A stretch of DNA of 64,000 nucleotides, taken from the NCBI GenBank assembly GCA_963976865.1, contig CAXBLY010000001.1, positions 671,224 to 735,223 on the forward strand, given 5' to 3'. A model generated the notes under the pieces. It ran no database searches, was not told where the DNA came from, and was given only the letters and a program-made list of their open reading frames with translations. The DNA comes from an uncultured Gammaproteobacteria bacterium. Its GTDB lineage: Bacteria; Pseudomonadota; Gammaproteobacteria; UBA4575. Below are positions 18,265-27,451 of this stretch, one piece after another; position 1 is the stretch's first letter; the number at the start of each line of letters is the position of its first letter. The position numbers were made by a program, and so were the translations under genes.

Positions 18265-20031
18265 TTAATTTCGTCTTTTTGATTTTTTCGGATTATCCGA
18301 GTTCACGAGGAAAACATTATCCTGTATTTCTCTGCCAATACGTGTGTTGCGACGAATCACTTGTGCAAGAGACGTACGCTCAATTGAACGTATTTCACGA
18401 GATGACATGCTGTTTTCATACCAGAAGCGGTCACCATCACGCAGTCGTTCAAATTGATCTTTCAAAATAGCAAGGAACACCTCGCCTACTAGCGCGTCTT
18501 TTACTTTATCTTCTGCCAGCCCACCTATCCAAAGATCAACATCATTAACAGTAGAATAAGCCTCGGCTAGTTTGGCCTGGGTATCCGGGTCTGAAGAAAT
18601 CTCTGAAAAACTGGCAGCAGGCGGTAAGCCTAATGCGATGCGTGTATCATTATAGCTAGCTAAACCATGGTCACGTCCACGTTGAATATTAAGTGAAGCT
18701 AAATCAAAGCCCCCGTTACCAGGTAAGCCAAATAAAAAGTTTCGAACATCATCAATAATAAGTACATCAAGATCCTGGCAGGCCTGTTTTGCCAACCCTC
18801 TTAATATAGGTTCAATGCCACCTTCATCGATAATGCTGCCGGGCGAGAAAAATGCGTCTCGTAACGAGAGATTTCCAAATGCAATTTCATTGCCTCTTCT
18901 ATCTAGTCGCAGTAATTGTGGAGAAAGCAGGCTATGCCCTAATCGGTAAGCGGCAGTCGAGAATTCATTGCGAATGCTTGCATCCACATCAGGGTTATAA
19001 CCGCTGTATTCACTTAATGCATTTGGCCCCAGAAGTACTGGAATAAATTCTTGATAGGTAATAACCTGCATAAGTGCGGCTACTGTATTGCGTGCACGTT
19101 GATAAATTTCATCACCACTTAAGCTGGATTGACGTCTAGCGATCCTCGTTGCCAGCCGGTTATGTTCACGTACAAATAAGGTATGCATGGTTGTGAGTCC
19201 AACTTGCTCATTGGCCCTGACATCGCCGGCTATAAATAAAGTGTCGCTCGGACCACCAGCATTACTTAAACCTGCGGTATTAAAAGGTAGCAGATTGCCC
19301 TCACTGGTTTTTAATTTTCCAGTACCATCTAATGTTCTTAATGCTAAGGCACGTTCGTCATCCGATCCGTATACATTGGATGCATCAATCCAGCCGGTGA
19401 TTTCATTGATTTGTTGCCGTGGATTATCTACATCGATTCCTGTCAATTCATCAAAGATGGACCGGTTGAATGGTAAAACGACATCAGCGTTATTATTAGG
19501 ATCAAAATATTCGTCACCAGCAGGAATGGCAATATTAGCTGGTTCCGGTATTGGTACGCCTTCTGTTAAATCAATATCATGATCTAGAAACTGGCCCCAC
19601 TGCCATAGAAAGTCACTGGCGGCATTTGGCGTTTGTGTTGAAACTGCTTGAGCTAATACCGTATTACTAACAACGCGTGGGTTAGGTCGTGTTGCACCCG
19701 CCAACGCTGATATGCCGTCACTATAAGCATTCGGTGCAATGCGAACCAGTTGTGTATGGGGTGTATTCATATCTGGAGAGGAAATATTATTATTTGCTCC
19801 ATCAATTGATCGAATAAACACGTTGGTGGTGTTTTGTTTGTTGCGGCGATTATGATCACGTTCGATTCGTCGTACTGGGGAAGCATTCCGGTCAAGTACG
19901 GTTTGATCGGCTTCTTTTAATAATTCGCTGCCAGAAAGCCTGTGTCGTTGCGCTCCAATAACAATTGTCGATACAAGTACAGTAGATGCGACTATAACAA
20001 TAAAAATATTTTTATTTTTCATGGCAGACAC
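18265..20031 (-). CDS. Secreted heme peroxidase, peroxidase-cyclooxygenase (animal-type) superfamily
   Basis: WGQFLDHD, AGDVRANE, AYRLGHS, NIQRGRDHG, LRDGDRFWYE; signal peptide. Confidence 0.92.
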   Translation of the reverse strand: MSAMKNKNIFIVIVASTVLVSTIVIGAQRHRLSGSELLKEADQTVLDRNASPVRRIERDHNRRNKQNTTNVFIRSIDGANNNISSPDMNTPHTQLVRIAPNAYSDGISALAGATRPNPRVVSNTVLAQAVSTQTPNAASDFLWQWGQFLDHDIDLTEGVPIPEPANIAIPAGDEYFDPNNNADVVLPFNRSIFDELTGIDVDNPRQQINEITGWIDASNVYGSDDERALALRTLDGTGKLKTSEGNLLPFNTAGLSNAGGPSDTLFIAGDVRANEQVGLTTMHTLFVREHNRLATRIARRQSSLSGDEIYQRARNTVAALMQVITYQEFIPVLLGPNALSEYSGYNPDVDASIRNEFSTAAYRLGHSLLSPQLLRLDRRGNEIAFGNLSLRDAFFSPGSIIDEGGIEPILRGLAKQACQDLDVLIIDDVRNFLFGLPGNGGFDLASLNIQRGRDHGLASYNDTRIALGLPPAASFSEISSDPDTQAKLAEAYSTVNDVDLWIGGLAEDKVKDALVGEVFLAILKDQFERLRDGDRFWYENSMSSREIRSIERTSLAQVIRRNTRIGREIQDNVFLVNSDNPKKSKRRN

Positions 20032-20216
20032 TTAAATTCTCCAAATGAGCTTGTGTTATTTCATATCCAGCTCCTTTTAATATGAGTTACTTGAATACTG
20101 TGGTGATTCAGGGTCAGCGGTAGTTTTAGCCTGATGAATGGTATGGAGATACAGCTAATCAATTGAATTGATTAGAATTTATCTTTTGTGAACTTCATAA
20201 CGATTAAATCAAACTG

Positions 20217-20247
20217 TATGACCGCTATTGGGCCGAAAGTGTGCATT
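20217..20247 (+). repeat. Palindromic cassette repeat R12
   Basis: TATGACCGCTATTGGGCCGAAAGTGTGCATT. Confidence 0.8.
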
Positions 20248-20512
20248 GAATAATTTCATAGGTCGGATTCATACCTGGTTTATCGATACTCGATAAAAGC
20301 TCAGGAATAAAATTATTTCGACTCTGTTCCTGGAAGAAATTGTGTAAGTTAAAAAAACAGCATGGAAAGAATACTTTTAAATTACATTAAAACTGGAATT
20401 ATTGTTAATGGGTTCTGTAGAGTTAAATTTAATAAAAGATATAGCGATGAATTTTTACTTTTAGAAATAATGTGGATAACATTTATGTAATAGATACCAG
20501 GGGAGAAAGGTC

Positions 20513-20731
20513 ATGAATCTAGCAGCAGCAACAATCATCAGTTGGCATCTATTTGTTCAATCGTATAGCGACTTCAATCCTTTGACGTATGGGATAATGA
20601 GTATATCTGGTATACGTGACCATGATATCTGTATGGAGCTTGGCATGGAGTGGCAGAAGAACTGGACTAACGATGAAATGACGGCAACATTTGAATGCAA
20701 GCCAGAATATAGAGATGCCAAAGGCGCATAA
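20513..20731 (+). CDS. Small hypothetical protein
   Basis: 72 aa preceded by a GGGGAGAAAGG RBS; two Cys; followed by the half repeat AAGCAGTCATT (20757-20767). Confidence 0.5.
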   Translation: MNLAAATIISWHLFVQSYSDFNPLTYGIMSISGIRDHDICMELGMEWQKNWTNDEMTATFECKPEYRDAKGA

Positions 20732-20882
20732 AAATAATATTGGATAAATTTGCAGTAAGCAGTCATTCAGTGTTGGTCAAGTGACTAAGTAGAAGGCGTC
20801 AGCTTGTGTCAGGCTATTTATCGTGAATATAAGTCAGGTATGATAGCGGCTCATATTAAAATATCTCAAACCGTGTTTAATA

Positions 20883-21578
20883 ATGAGTGTAAATACAAAT
20901 AATCGACTTGCAGTAATTGCGGGTGCAGGTCAGGGGTTAGGGAAAAGTATCGCAATCATGTTGGCAAAGGCGGGTTATCACGTTATTGGGCTGAACCGTT
21001 CAGAAGTTTCATGTGAAGACAGTAATGTCACTATGATGCAGCTGGATGTCGCATCGGGTCATGATGTAGCGAATACCCTCTCAAGTATTATTGAACAATT
21101 TGGTGCGCCGGAAGTGTTAATCCATAACCCGGCAGAATTACTGATAAAGCCATTTCAGCAAACCTCGCCCGAGGACTTTGAACTTGCCTGGAAGTCGATG
21201 GTACTAAGCGCAGTAAATATATTTCATACAGTATTACCGGCAATGGTTGATCAGGGGAAAGGAACAATTCTGGTATCCGGCGCTACGGCCAGTTTGCGTG
21301 CTGGTGCGAATTTCTCTGCATTTGCATCCGCCAAGTTTGCGCTGCGTGGGCTGACTCAATCTGTGGCACGTGAATATCAAAAGCAGGGCATTCATATAGC
21401 GCATGTTGTACTGGATGGCATACTTGATACGCCAAATAGCCGTACCCTGCACTCGCTTGATCCGGATGACATGATGTCTACTCATGACGTCGCAGAAGCA
21501 TATCTTCAACTCATCCAGCAGAAACCGTCTGCATGGTCACATGAGATTGACCTGAGGCCCAAAAACGAAATATTTTAA
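20883..21578 (+). CDS. Short-chain dehydrogenase/reductase
   Basis: AGAGQGLG, SGATASLR, FASAKFALRGL, HVVLDG. Confidence 0.9.
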   Translation: MSVNTNNRLAVIAGAGQGLGKSIAIMLAKAGYHVIGLNRSEVSCEDSNVTMMQLDVASGHDVANTLSSIIEQFGAPEVLIHNPAELLIKPFQQTSPEDFELAWKSMVLSAVNIFHTVLPAMVDQGKGTILVSGATASLRAGANFSAFASAKFALRGLTQSVAREYQKQGIHIAHVVLDGILDTPNSRTLHSLDPDDMMSTHDVAEAYLQLIQQKPSAWSHEIDLRPKNEIF

Positions 21579-22678
21579 TGCAGACAGAGGTATTGATTAT
21601 TGGTGGAGGGCTAAGTGGTCTGCACACAGCCTATGAATGTCACAAACGTGGCATCAAGTATTTATTGCTTGAGGCAAGAGACCGTCTTGGCGGAAGAGTG
21701 CTTTCCCTGAATAAGGATGAACAGTCATATGACTCAAGGCAGGCCGGTGTTGACCTGGGGCCGAGCTGGTTCTGGCCGCAACAGCAACGAATAAATTCTT
21801 TGATATCTGAGCTGGATCTGAAAAATGATGTGTTTTTTCAGAACTGCAATGGTGATGCATTGTATGAAGATAATCAGGGGAACATTCAGCGTGGGATTGA
21901 TGGAATATCCATGGCGGGTGCGTATCGGTTAAGAGGCGGAATACGTCAGTTAACGAATGCGTTAAGCAGTCAGCTATCACGTGAAACGCTTTTTACAAAT
22001 GCAGTGGTGAAGAGTGTTAATTATGCCGATGGTGAAATAACAACAATGTATGAAACGAATAACAGTATTAAACACATATTAAGCAAGCAGGTCGTAATGG
22101 CATTGCCTCCGAGAGTCGCATTGCAACAAATTAATTTTGAGCCTGCTTTTACTGAAAGCCGCACACATGAGCTTAACCAAATAGCAACGTGGATGGCAGG
22201 ACATGCGAAAGTAGTGTGTATTTACAAACTGCGGTTCTGGCAAGACAACGGTTATTCAGGTGATGTAATTAGTCACCGCGGGCCTTTGCAGGAAATACAT
22301 GATGCGTCTTCAGAGGATGGCGGACTGAATGCATTATTCGGTTTCGTCGGTGTGCCGCCTGTTCATAGAAAACACAGGCAAGATGAGTTAAAGAAAATGG
22401 CAGTGGCTCAATTAGCCAGGATATTTGGCGATCAAGCATTAGAGCCTCTTGCAGTGTATTTTCAGGACTGGTCGACTGAACCGTGTACATCCACACAGTT
22501 AGATCAGGAGATTCAACGATTCCATCCGGCGAATAACATCGGCAGCGTGACAGAGCAATCCTGGGACAATCGTTTGATATGGTCAGGCACAGAAGCAGCC
22601 AACTATAGCTTACAGAATAACGGTTTACTTGAAGGTGCGCTGGAAGCAAGCATGAATGCTGTGTCAATGCTGAAATGA
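21578..22678 (+). CDS. Flavin monoamine oxidase family protein
   Basis: IIGGGLSGL, EARDRLGGR, DLGPSWFWP, GLLEGALE. Confidence 0.88.
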   Translation: MQTEVLIIGGGLSGLHTAYECHKRGIKYLLLEARDRLGGRVLSLNKDEQSYDSRQAGVDLGPSWFWPQQQRINSLISELDLKNDVFFQNCNGDALYEDNQGNIQRGIDGISMAGAYRLRGGIRQLTNALSSQLSRETLFTNAVVKSVNYADGEITTMYETNNSIKHILSKQVVMALPPRVALQQINFEPAFTESRTHELNQIATWMAGHAKVVCIYKLRFWQDNGYSGDVISHRGPLQEIHDASSEDGGLNALFGFVGVPPVHRKHRQDELKKMAVAQLARIFGDQALEPLAVYFQDWSTEPCTSTQLDQEIQRFHPANNIGSVTEQSWDNRLIWSGTEAANYSLQNNGLLEGALEASMNAVSMLK

Positions 22679-22688
22679 CTAAATAGAT

Positions 22689-23558
22689 ATGAAAGATTTC
22701 TGTGTTTGGGTGCAGGATACATTAAGTAATTTCAGGGCACATATAGCGATATTCTCACTACTGCTTGTATTGCTATGTGTAATATTTTTCTCAAACATGA
22801 TAATCATCGCACTATGTATGATAGTGCTTCTGTATGCGTTGATACCAATTTCATCCTGGCAGAATCAGACAAAAAATTCTGCTCGCACAGGTCAGCAATC
22901 ATTTGTCGTATCCAGTTTTAATATTCAGTGGAATGGAGAAAACCATGAAAACTCGCTTCGTTACATAAAAGAAAGTAAGGCCGATATACTTGTGTTACAG
23001 GAGGTAACTGAGGCGCTGAGAAGTGAAATAAATGAATATCGATCAACATTTCCTCATCAGCTGGGAAGTGGGCATAGCCATGTAATGGTATTGTCAAAGC
23101 ATGAATTGGAATTTGTGAGTTACCTGCCATGGCCAGGCAAGTTTCAAAATCGTGCAATGCATGTAAAGTGCAATATAAATGGAAGATGTATAAATATTAT
23201 AGGAATCCATTTACAAGTGACTCGTACATGGAATGAAATAGGCATAAGAGATCAGCAGATTGCTACACTGATTGCAAGCGTTTCAAAGTTGACTGATCCT
23301 GTGGCAGTAGTTGGAGATTTTAACGCCAGCGTTGGATCAAGTGTGTTAAGAAGAATTCAACACAAAACAGGCTTACAAAGTAATACAAGTTTATGCAAAT
23401 ACCTGGGAACGTGGCCTGCGAATTCAGGATTACTGGCGATACAGTTAGATCACTGTCTGGTAAAAGCACCGTTAGCCGTGACCGATATGGCATTGGGTCC
23501 AAGACTGGACTCTGACCACAAACCAGTTACCGCAGATATTTCCTGGATAAATAGTTAG
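22689..23558 (+). CDS. Membrane-anchored endonuclease/exonuclease/phosphatase family protein
   Basis: N-terminal TMs; SFNI, LQEV, GDFNA, LDH, SDH. Confidence 0.88.
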   Translation: MKDFCVWVQDTLSNFRAHIAIFSLLLVLLCVIFFSNMIIIALCMIVLLYALIPISSWQNQTKNSARTGQQSFVVSSFNIQWNGENHENSLRYIKESKADILVLQEVTEALRSEINEYRSTFPHQLGSGHSHVMVLSKHELEFVSYLPWPGKFQNRAMHVKCNINGRCINIIGIHLQVTRTWNEIGIRDQQIATLIASVSKLTDPVAVVGDFNASVGSSVLRRIQHKTGLQSNTSLCKYLGTWPANSGLLAIQLDHCLVKAPLAVTDMALGPRLDSDHKPVTADISWINS

Positions 23559-25012
23559 GAAGCCATTGCGAACCTGGCATGCCCTCGAATGGCATTAAGA
23601 AAAACAGGATTCATTTTATCCTGTCTTTGCAGATCAACAATGCCGTAGGTTTCTAAAAACATGCCAAAGAGATCTTTTAACGGGAAAGAAGCAGGTAGCT
23701 CGCCTTTCATAAATCCGGTGTCTGAGTAATAGCCAACACCATGATGATGCGTATTTTTAACCTGAGCTAAAGACACAAGCTTGCCAAAATTATTAATCAC
23801 TACATCATCACACTGGATTTTAGCAGTTTCCGGAATAAGTCTGGCGACAGGCTTTAACTGTATATATATGTCCTTGCCTCGATTTTCTGTGTGGAATATT
23901 TGCGAACTTTTATTTAGTGTACGTACAGCAACATCTGCAGTTTCAATATAGAAAATTTCGTCAGTATCCAATGTGTGGACATTCAGTATTTTTTGTTCGG
24001 CCTGTCTGGCGAGCTCTTCATTATCAAAACACAATACAAAATCCTCGGTCATCAGGTTATATGTGGATTTGTATGTGATACCAAGATTCTTTAATAAATC
24101 TTCATGGTCATCTATACGGTAGTAATATGTTTCACGTTCATGTGCATTCTGGTGTAAGCCGGTAGCAATAATAACTCTTCCATTTTCGACGTTATTGGCA
24201 AATTCAAGGGTGGTTTTAAGAGCGTCATCATATAGTTTGAATATGTCCAGTAATGGATCAGCACCTTTGGGCACATGCCACTCGGGGTTTGTTCTCTCTC
24301 CATGGTAGGCGCTGGATGAGAATAAATAGTGATGCTGCAAGTGAGCGCCACCATTTAAAAATACAGTTGAAAAGAGTGGGTTGTGTTTTGTACATTGAGT
24401 AATGTATGTATCCAGTAACAAACGGTCACATATTATCGCACGGTACCACGGTCTACCTTTAACAAAAGATAATGTCTCACTCAGGTATTTATGTAGATGC
24501 TTGAAATTGGCATTAGCCATCGCACCAAGGACAAGGTCTATGTAAGATTGTAAGGATATTTTATTTTTGGCGTAATCATTTGTCACCTGGCAGAGAGCAT
24601 TGAAAATTCTTTGCAGGCTTTTTGAGCCGGAGAATTTTGTTTTTGTCCAGGGGTCCGGCATGAAAAATTTTGAATCCTTGGTGTTGTTAGCTGCATTAAA
24701 TGCAGCTAACGCGGCAACAGAGATGCCATTTTTCTCTAATGCCTCATAAATCATTTCATGTTTTGTCTTTACAATATCACCAAGTCTGAACACTTTGTGC
24801 TCATCATAATTCATGCCTGTGTGAACAGTTGGCCACTGTATCCAGGGGTTTGCCAGGTGGTGCTCTGTTTCAGAAGTGGTTTCTACATAACCATGCTTTT
24901 CAAATAAATACTTGAACGTGGGTAAATGCCCTTGCTGAATATATTCATCAAGATATTCAAAGTTGATTTCATTAATTTGAATGAAAAATATATGGGGGTG
25001 ATTCATGATCAA
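23555..25012 (-). CDS. Hypothetical protein, possibly alkaline phosphatase/phosphodiesterase superfamily
   Basis: QINEINF, PWIQWPTVHTG, FLNGGAHLQHHY, IATGLHQ. Confidence 0.6.
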   Translation of the reverse strand: MIMNHPHIFFIQINEINFEYLDEYIQQGHLPTFKYLFEKHGYVETTSETEHHLANPWIQWPTVHTGMNYDEHKVFRLGDIVKTKHEMIYEALEKNGISVAALAAFNAANNTKDSKFFMPDPWTKTKFSGSKSLQRIFNALCQVTNDYAKNKISLQSYIDLVLGAMANANFKHLHKYLSETLSFVKGRPWYRAIICDRLLLDTYITQCTKHNPLFSTVFLNGGAHLQHHYLFSSSAYHGERTNPEWHVPKGADPLLDIFKLYDDALKTTLEFANNVENGRVIIATGLHQNAHERETYYYRIDDHEDLLKNLGITYKSTYNLMTEDFVLCFDNEELARQAEQKILNVHTLDTDEIFYIETADVAVRTLNKSSQIFHTENRGKDIYIQLKPVARLIPETAKIQCDDVVINNFGKLVSLAQVKNTHHHGVGYYSDTGFMKGELPASFPLKDLFGMFLETYGIVDLQRQDKMNPVFLNAIRGHARFAMAS

Positions 25013-25370
25013 TTTTCCTGATATCTCACTGCTTATTATGTGCAGCTTATAGAGTTAGACAAATATACAGGCAGATTTTGGTATAAATCTGTCGACATTA
25101 ATGAGACTTATGTAACGTAATAGACATAGCCTGCGAGACATCAGGTGAAATGAATTTATAAACAGTTGAATCAAGCGGTCGTAGCTAATTGAGTAGCATG
25201 TGTATATAGAATGTCGACTAGATCACACTTTTATTAATAAAGCACGGAATAAGAAGTAGTTGAAATAGATATTTGGGGTGTTGTTAGCAACTTTATGTCA
25301 GTGTGAAAGATATATTTCATCAGGAATTATTCTTATTGAAGCTCAACCAAATATTATTGAAAGGTTTCCC

Positions 25371-26354
25371 ATGGATACTACAGACACAGCCTATGATGGG
25401 GCGGACAGCTGGATGAAACAAAAGTACGCTACCTTAAAGCCATATATAAATATAGCGCGCCCGGATCACTGGTTTAAAAATGTATTTATGCTGCCAGGTC
25501 TGTTGTTAGCGCTAGCATTGGGAGCCACTCTGCCTGACAACTACATGTGGGTGTTTATAGCCGGCATTGTGAGTGTGTGTTTGATCGCGTCCGCGAATTA
25601 TACTATCAACGAATGGCTCGATGCCGAATTTGACCGACATCATCCTGTAAAGAAAAACAGGCCTTCAGTATCTGGTGCGATAAAACCCCAGTTTGTTGTG
25701 TTGCAATGGTTGCTACTTTCAGCGGCAGGACTTTATTTGTCGCATTTGATAAAAGTAGAGTTTTTAATAGCCAATGCTGCATTGCTGGTAATGGGAATAT
25801 TATATAACGTTAATCCGATACGGACTAAAGATCGTGTATATATAGATGTCCTCTCTGAAGCGATAAATAATCCATTGAGGTTTTTGCTGGGCTGGTATCT
25901 GGTTGTAGCGCCATTAATTCCGCCTTCGAGTGTACTATTGTCCTATTGGATGGGTGGAGCATTTTTAATGGCTGTTAAACGGTATGCGGAGTACAGGTTT
26001 ATAGATGATCCGGCAAGAGCAGGCCTGTATCGAAAGTCATTTGTCAGTTACACCGAAGAAAAACTTCTGCTATCTGCATTTTTCTATGCGTTAATGTCCG
26101 CAGTCTTCCTGGGCGTCTTTTTGGTCAAGTATAAAATCGAATTTTTATTAACGTTGCCACTATTTGCAATTTTATTTGTCTGGTATTTGTACATAGGTAT
26201 GCAGACTAATTCTGTTTCACAGGCACCAGAAAAATTATATAAGCAGAAAAAATTTGTCACATTCGTAACGATACTGGGTGTGGTAGCTGTAGGAGTACTG
26301 TTTATGGAGTTGCCATGGCTTAATGTATTGCTAGAGGTTCATCAACCAAACTAA
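25371..26354 (+). CDS. UbiA family prenyltransferase (polyprenyl-phosphate phosphoribosyltransferase-like)
   Basis: ARPDHWFKN, NYTINEWLDAEFDRHHP.KK.RP, KRYAE; multiple TM segments. Confidence 0.85.
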   Translation: MDTTDTAYDGADSWMKQKYATLKPYINIARPDHWFKNVFMLPGLLLALALGATLPDNYMWVFIAGIVSVCLIASANYTINEWLDAEFDRHHPVKKNRPSVSGAIKPQFVVLQWLLLSAAGLYLSHLIKVEFLIANAALLVMGILYNVNPIRTKDRVYIDVLSEAINNPLRFLLGWYLVVAPLIPPSSVLLSYWMGGAFLMAVKRYAEYRFIDDPARAGLYRKSFVSYTEEKLLLSAFFYALMSAVFLGVFLVKYKIEFLLTLPLFAILFVWYLYIGMQTNSVSQAPEKLYKQKKFVTFVTILGVVAVGVLFMELPWLNVLLEVHQPN

Positions 26355-26355
26355 T

Positions 26356-26781
26356 ATGACAAATTTATATCGTTGGTTGATTAAATTTAATCAATCAAAA
26401 ATAGGAGAGCTATTTCGCTACGGGATGGCAGGTGGATCTGCGTTCCTGGTATGGATTGGCGTACTGATTGTTCTTGTTGAATGGTTTGGTGTGAATGAGA
26501 TAGTCGCATCTGCAGCGGGCTTTATAGCTGCAACACCGATTAACTATGCACTACAAAAACGATATGTATTTAAATCTGCAGAAAACATAGGGTCAAGATT
26601 TTTTGTTTACTGTGTTGTGACAGTGATAGCACTTGGCTTGAATACATTACTGTTTTGGATGATGATTAATTTCACAAACATTCATTATACTTTGGCACAG
26701 ATAATAACGACTGGTGTGATAGTGCTCGTGAATTATTATGTTAACCGAACATATACATTTTCAGCGGGAGCAGCAACGTGA
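26356..26781 (+). CDS. GtrA family flippase-like protein
   Basis: RYGMAGG, NYALQKRYVF, NYYVNRTYTF; four TM segments. Confidence 0.88.
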   Translation: MTNLYRWLIKFNQSKIGELFRYGMAGGSAFLVWIGVLIVLVEWFGVNEIVASAAGFIAATPINYALQKRYVFKSAENIGSRFFVYCVVTVIALGLNTLLFWMMINFTNIHYTLAQIITTGVIVLVNYYVNRTYTFSAGAAT

Positions 26782-27437
26782 AGGATAAAGCTCCTTTGAT
26801 AGTATTTGATCTTGATGGAACCTTGACAAGAAAAGACACGTACATACCCTTTTTGCTGGGATTTCTAGTCAGAAACCCCTGGAGAATATATCGTACCATA
26901 CATCTCCCGCTGGCAGTTTTAATGTATCTATTCAAGATGAAAGACAACACCTGGTTGAAGCTAGTGTTTCTGAACGCCTTCATGGGCGGGGTAAGCAGAA
27001 AAAAACTTGAACCCTGGGTAAACAGTTTTTCCGAGACGGTTGTAAATCAAGGGATGCGTGTTAATGCGTTAGAGATATTATCCAAACACAAGAAGCAGGA
27101 TTGTAAACTGGTATTGGCAAGTGCCAGTCTTGATATATATGTTGAAGCGATTGGAAAAAAGTTAGGGTTCGACACTATTATCAGTACAAAGGCGGAGTAT
27201 GAACGAGATTGTTTAACCGGAAATATCACCACAAAAAATTGCTATGGAGATGAGAAAGTTAACAGAGTTAATGAGTGGTTAGCGCATAACAACTATGGTC
27301 AGGTTGATATTGCATATTCTGACCATCATTCAGATCTTCCATTATTGCAAAGGGCGAATAAAGGAATAGCAGTTAATCCTACGGATGCTTTACGTGCAAT
27401 GTCAGAATCTAAGCAGCTTGAAATAGTAGACTGGTAA
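26778..27437 (+). CDS. HAD-IB family phosphatase
   Basis: FDLDGTL, ASAS, NCYGDEK, AYSDHHSDLPLL, AVNP. Confidence 0.9.
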   Translation: MKDKAPLIVFDLDGTLTRKDTYIPFLLGFLVRNPWRIYRTIHLPLAVLMYLFKMKDNTWLKLVFLNAFMGGVSRKKLEPWVNSFSETVVNQGMRVNALEILSKHKKQDCKLVLASASLDIYVEAIGKKLGFDTIISTKAEYERDCLTGNITTKNCYGDEKVNRVNEWLAHNNYGQVDIAYSDHHSDLPLLQRANKGIAVNPTDALRAMSESKQLEIVDW

Positions 27438-27451
27438 TAACAAGGGTATTT

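Larger units (their letters stand above)
13431..20247. mobile_element. Putative gene-cassette array delimited by ~30-bp imperfect palindromic repeats
   Basis: 12 repeat copies bracketing single ORFs; visibly AT-rich; near tRNA-Phe; mobility is inferred, no recombinase seen. Confidence 0.7.

Noticed and set aside
13431-20247. CRISPR array interpretation of the ~30-bp repeats
   Set aside because: Intervals range from 18 bp to about 2 kb and mostly contain whole genes. Copies are degenerate and occur in both orientations. No cas genes are present.
13431-20247. Canonical integron/attC or pdif call
   Set aside because: The repeats are too short, lack consistent RYYYAAC/GTTRRRY ends and XerC/D arms, and there is no intI in the window.
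20831-20855. Possible degenerate repeat copies here (ATAGCGGCTCAT) and near 25166-25182 (TTGAATCAAGCGGTCGT)
   Set aside because: Only partial matches with no complete hairpin; could be chance.
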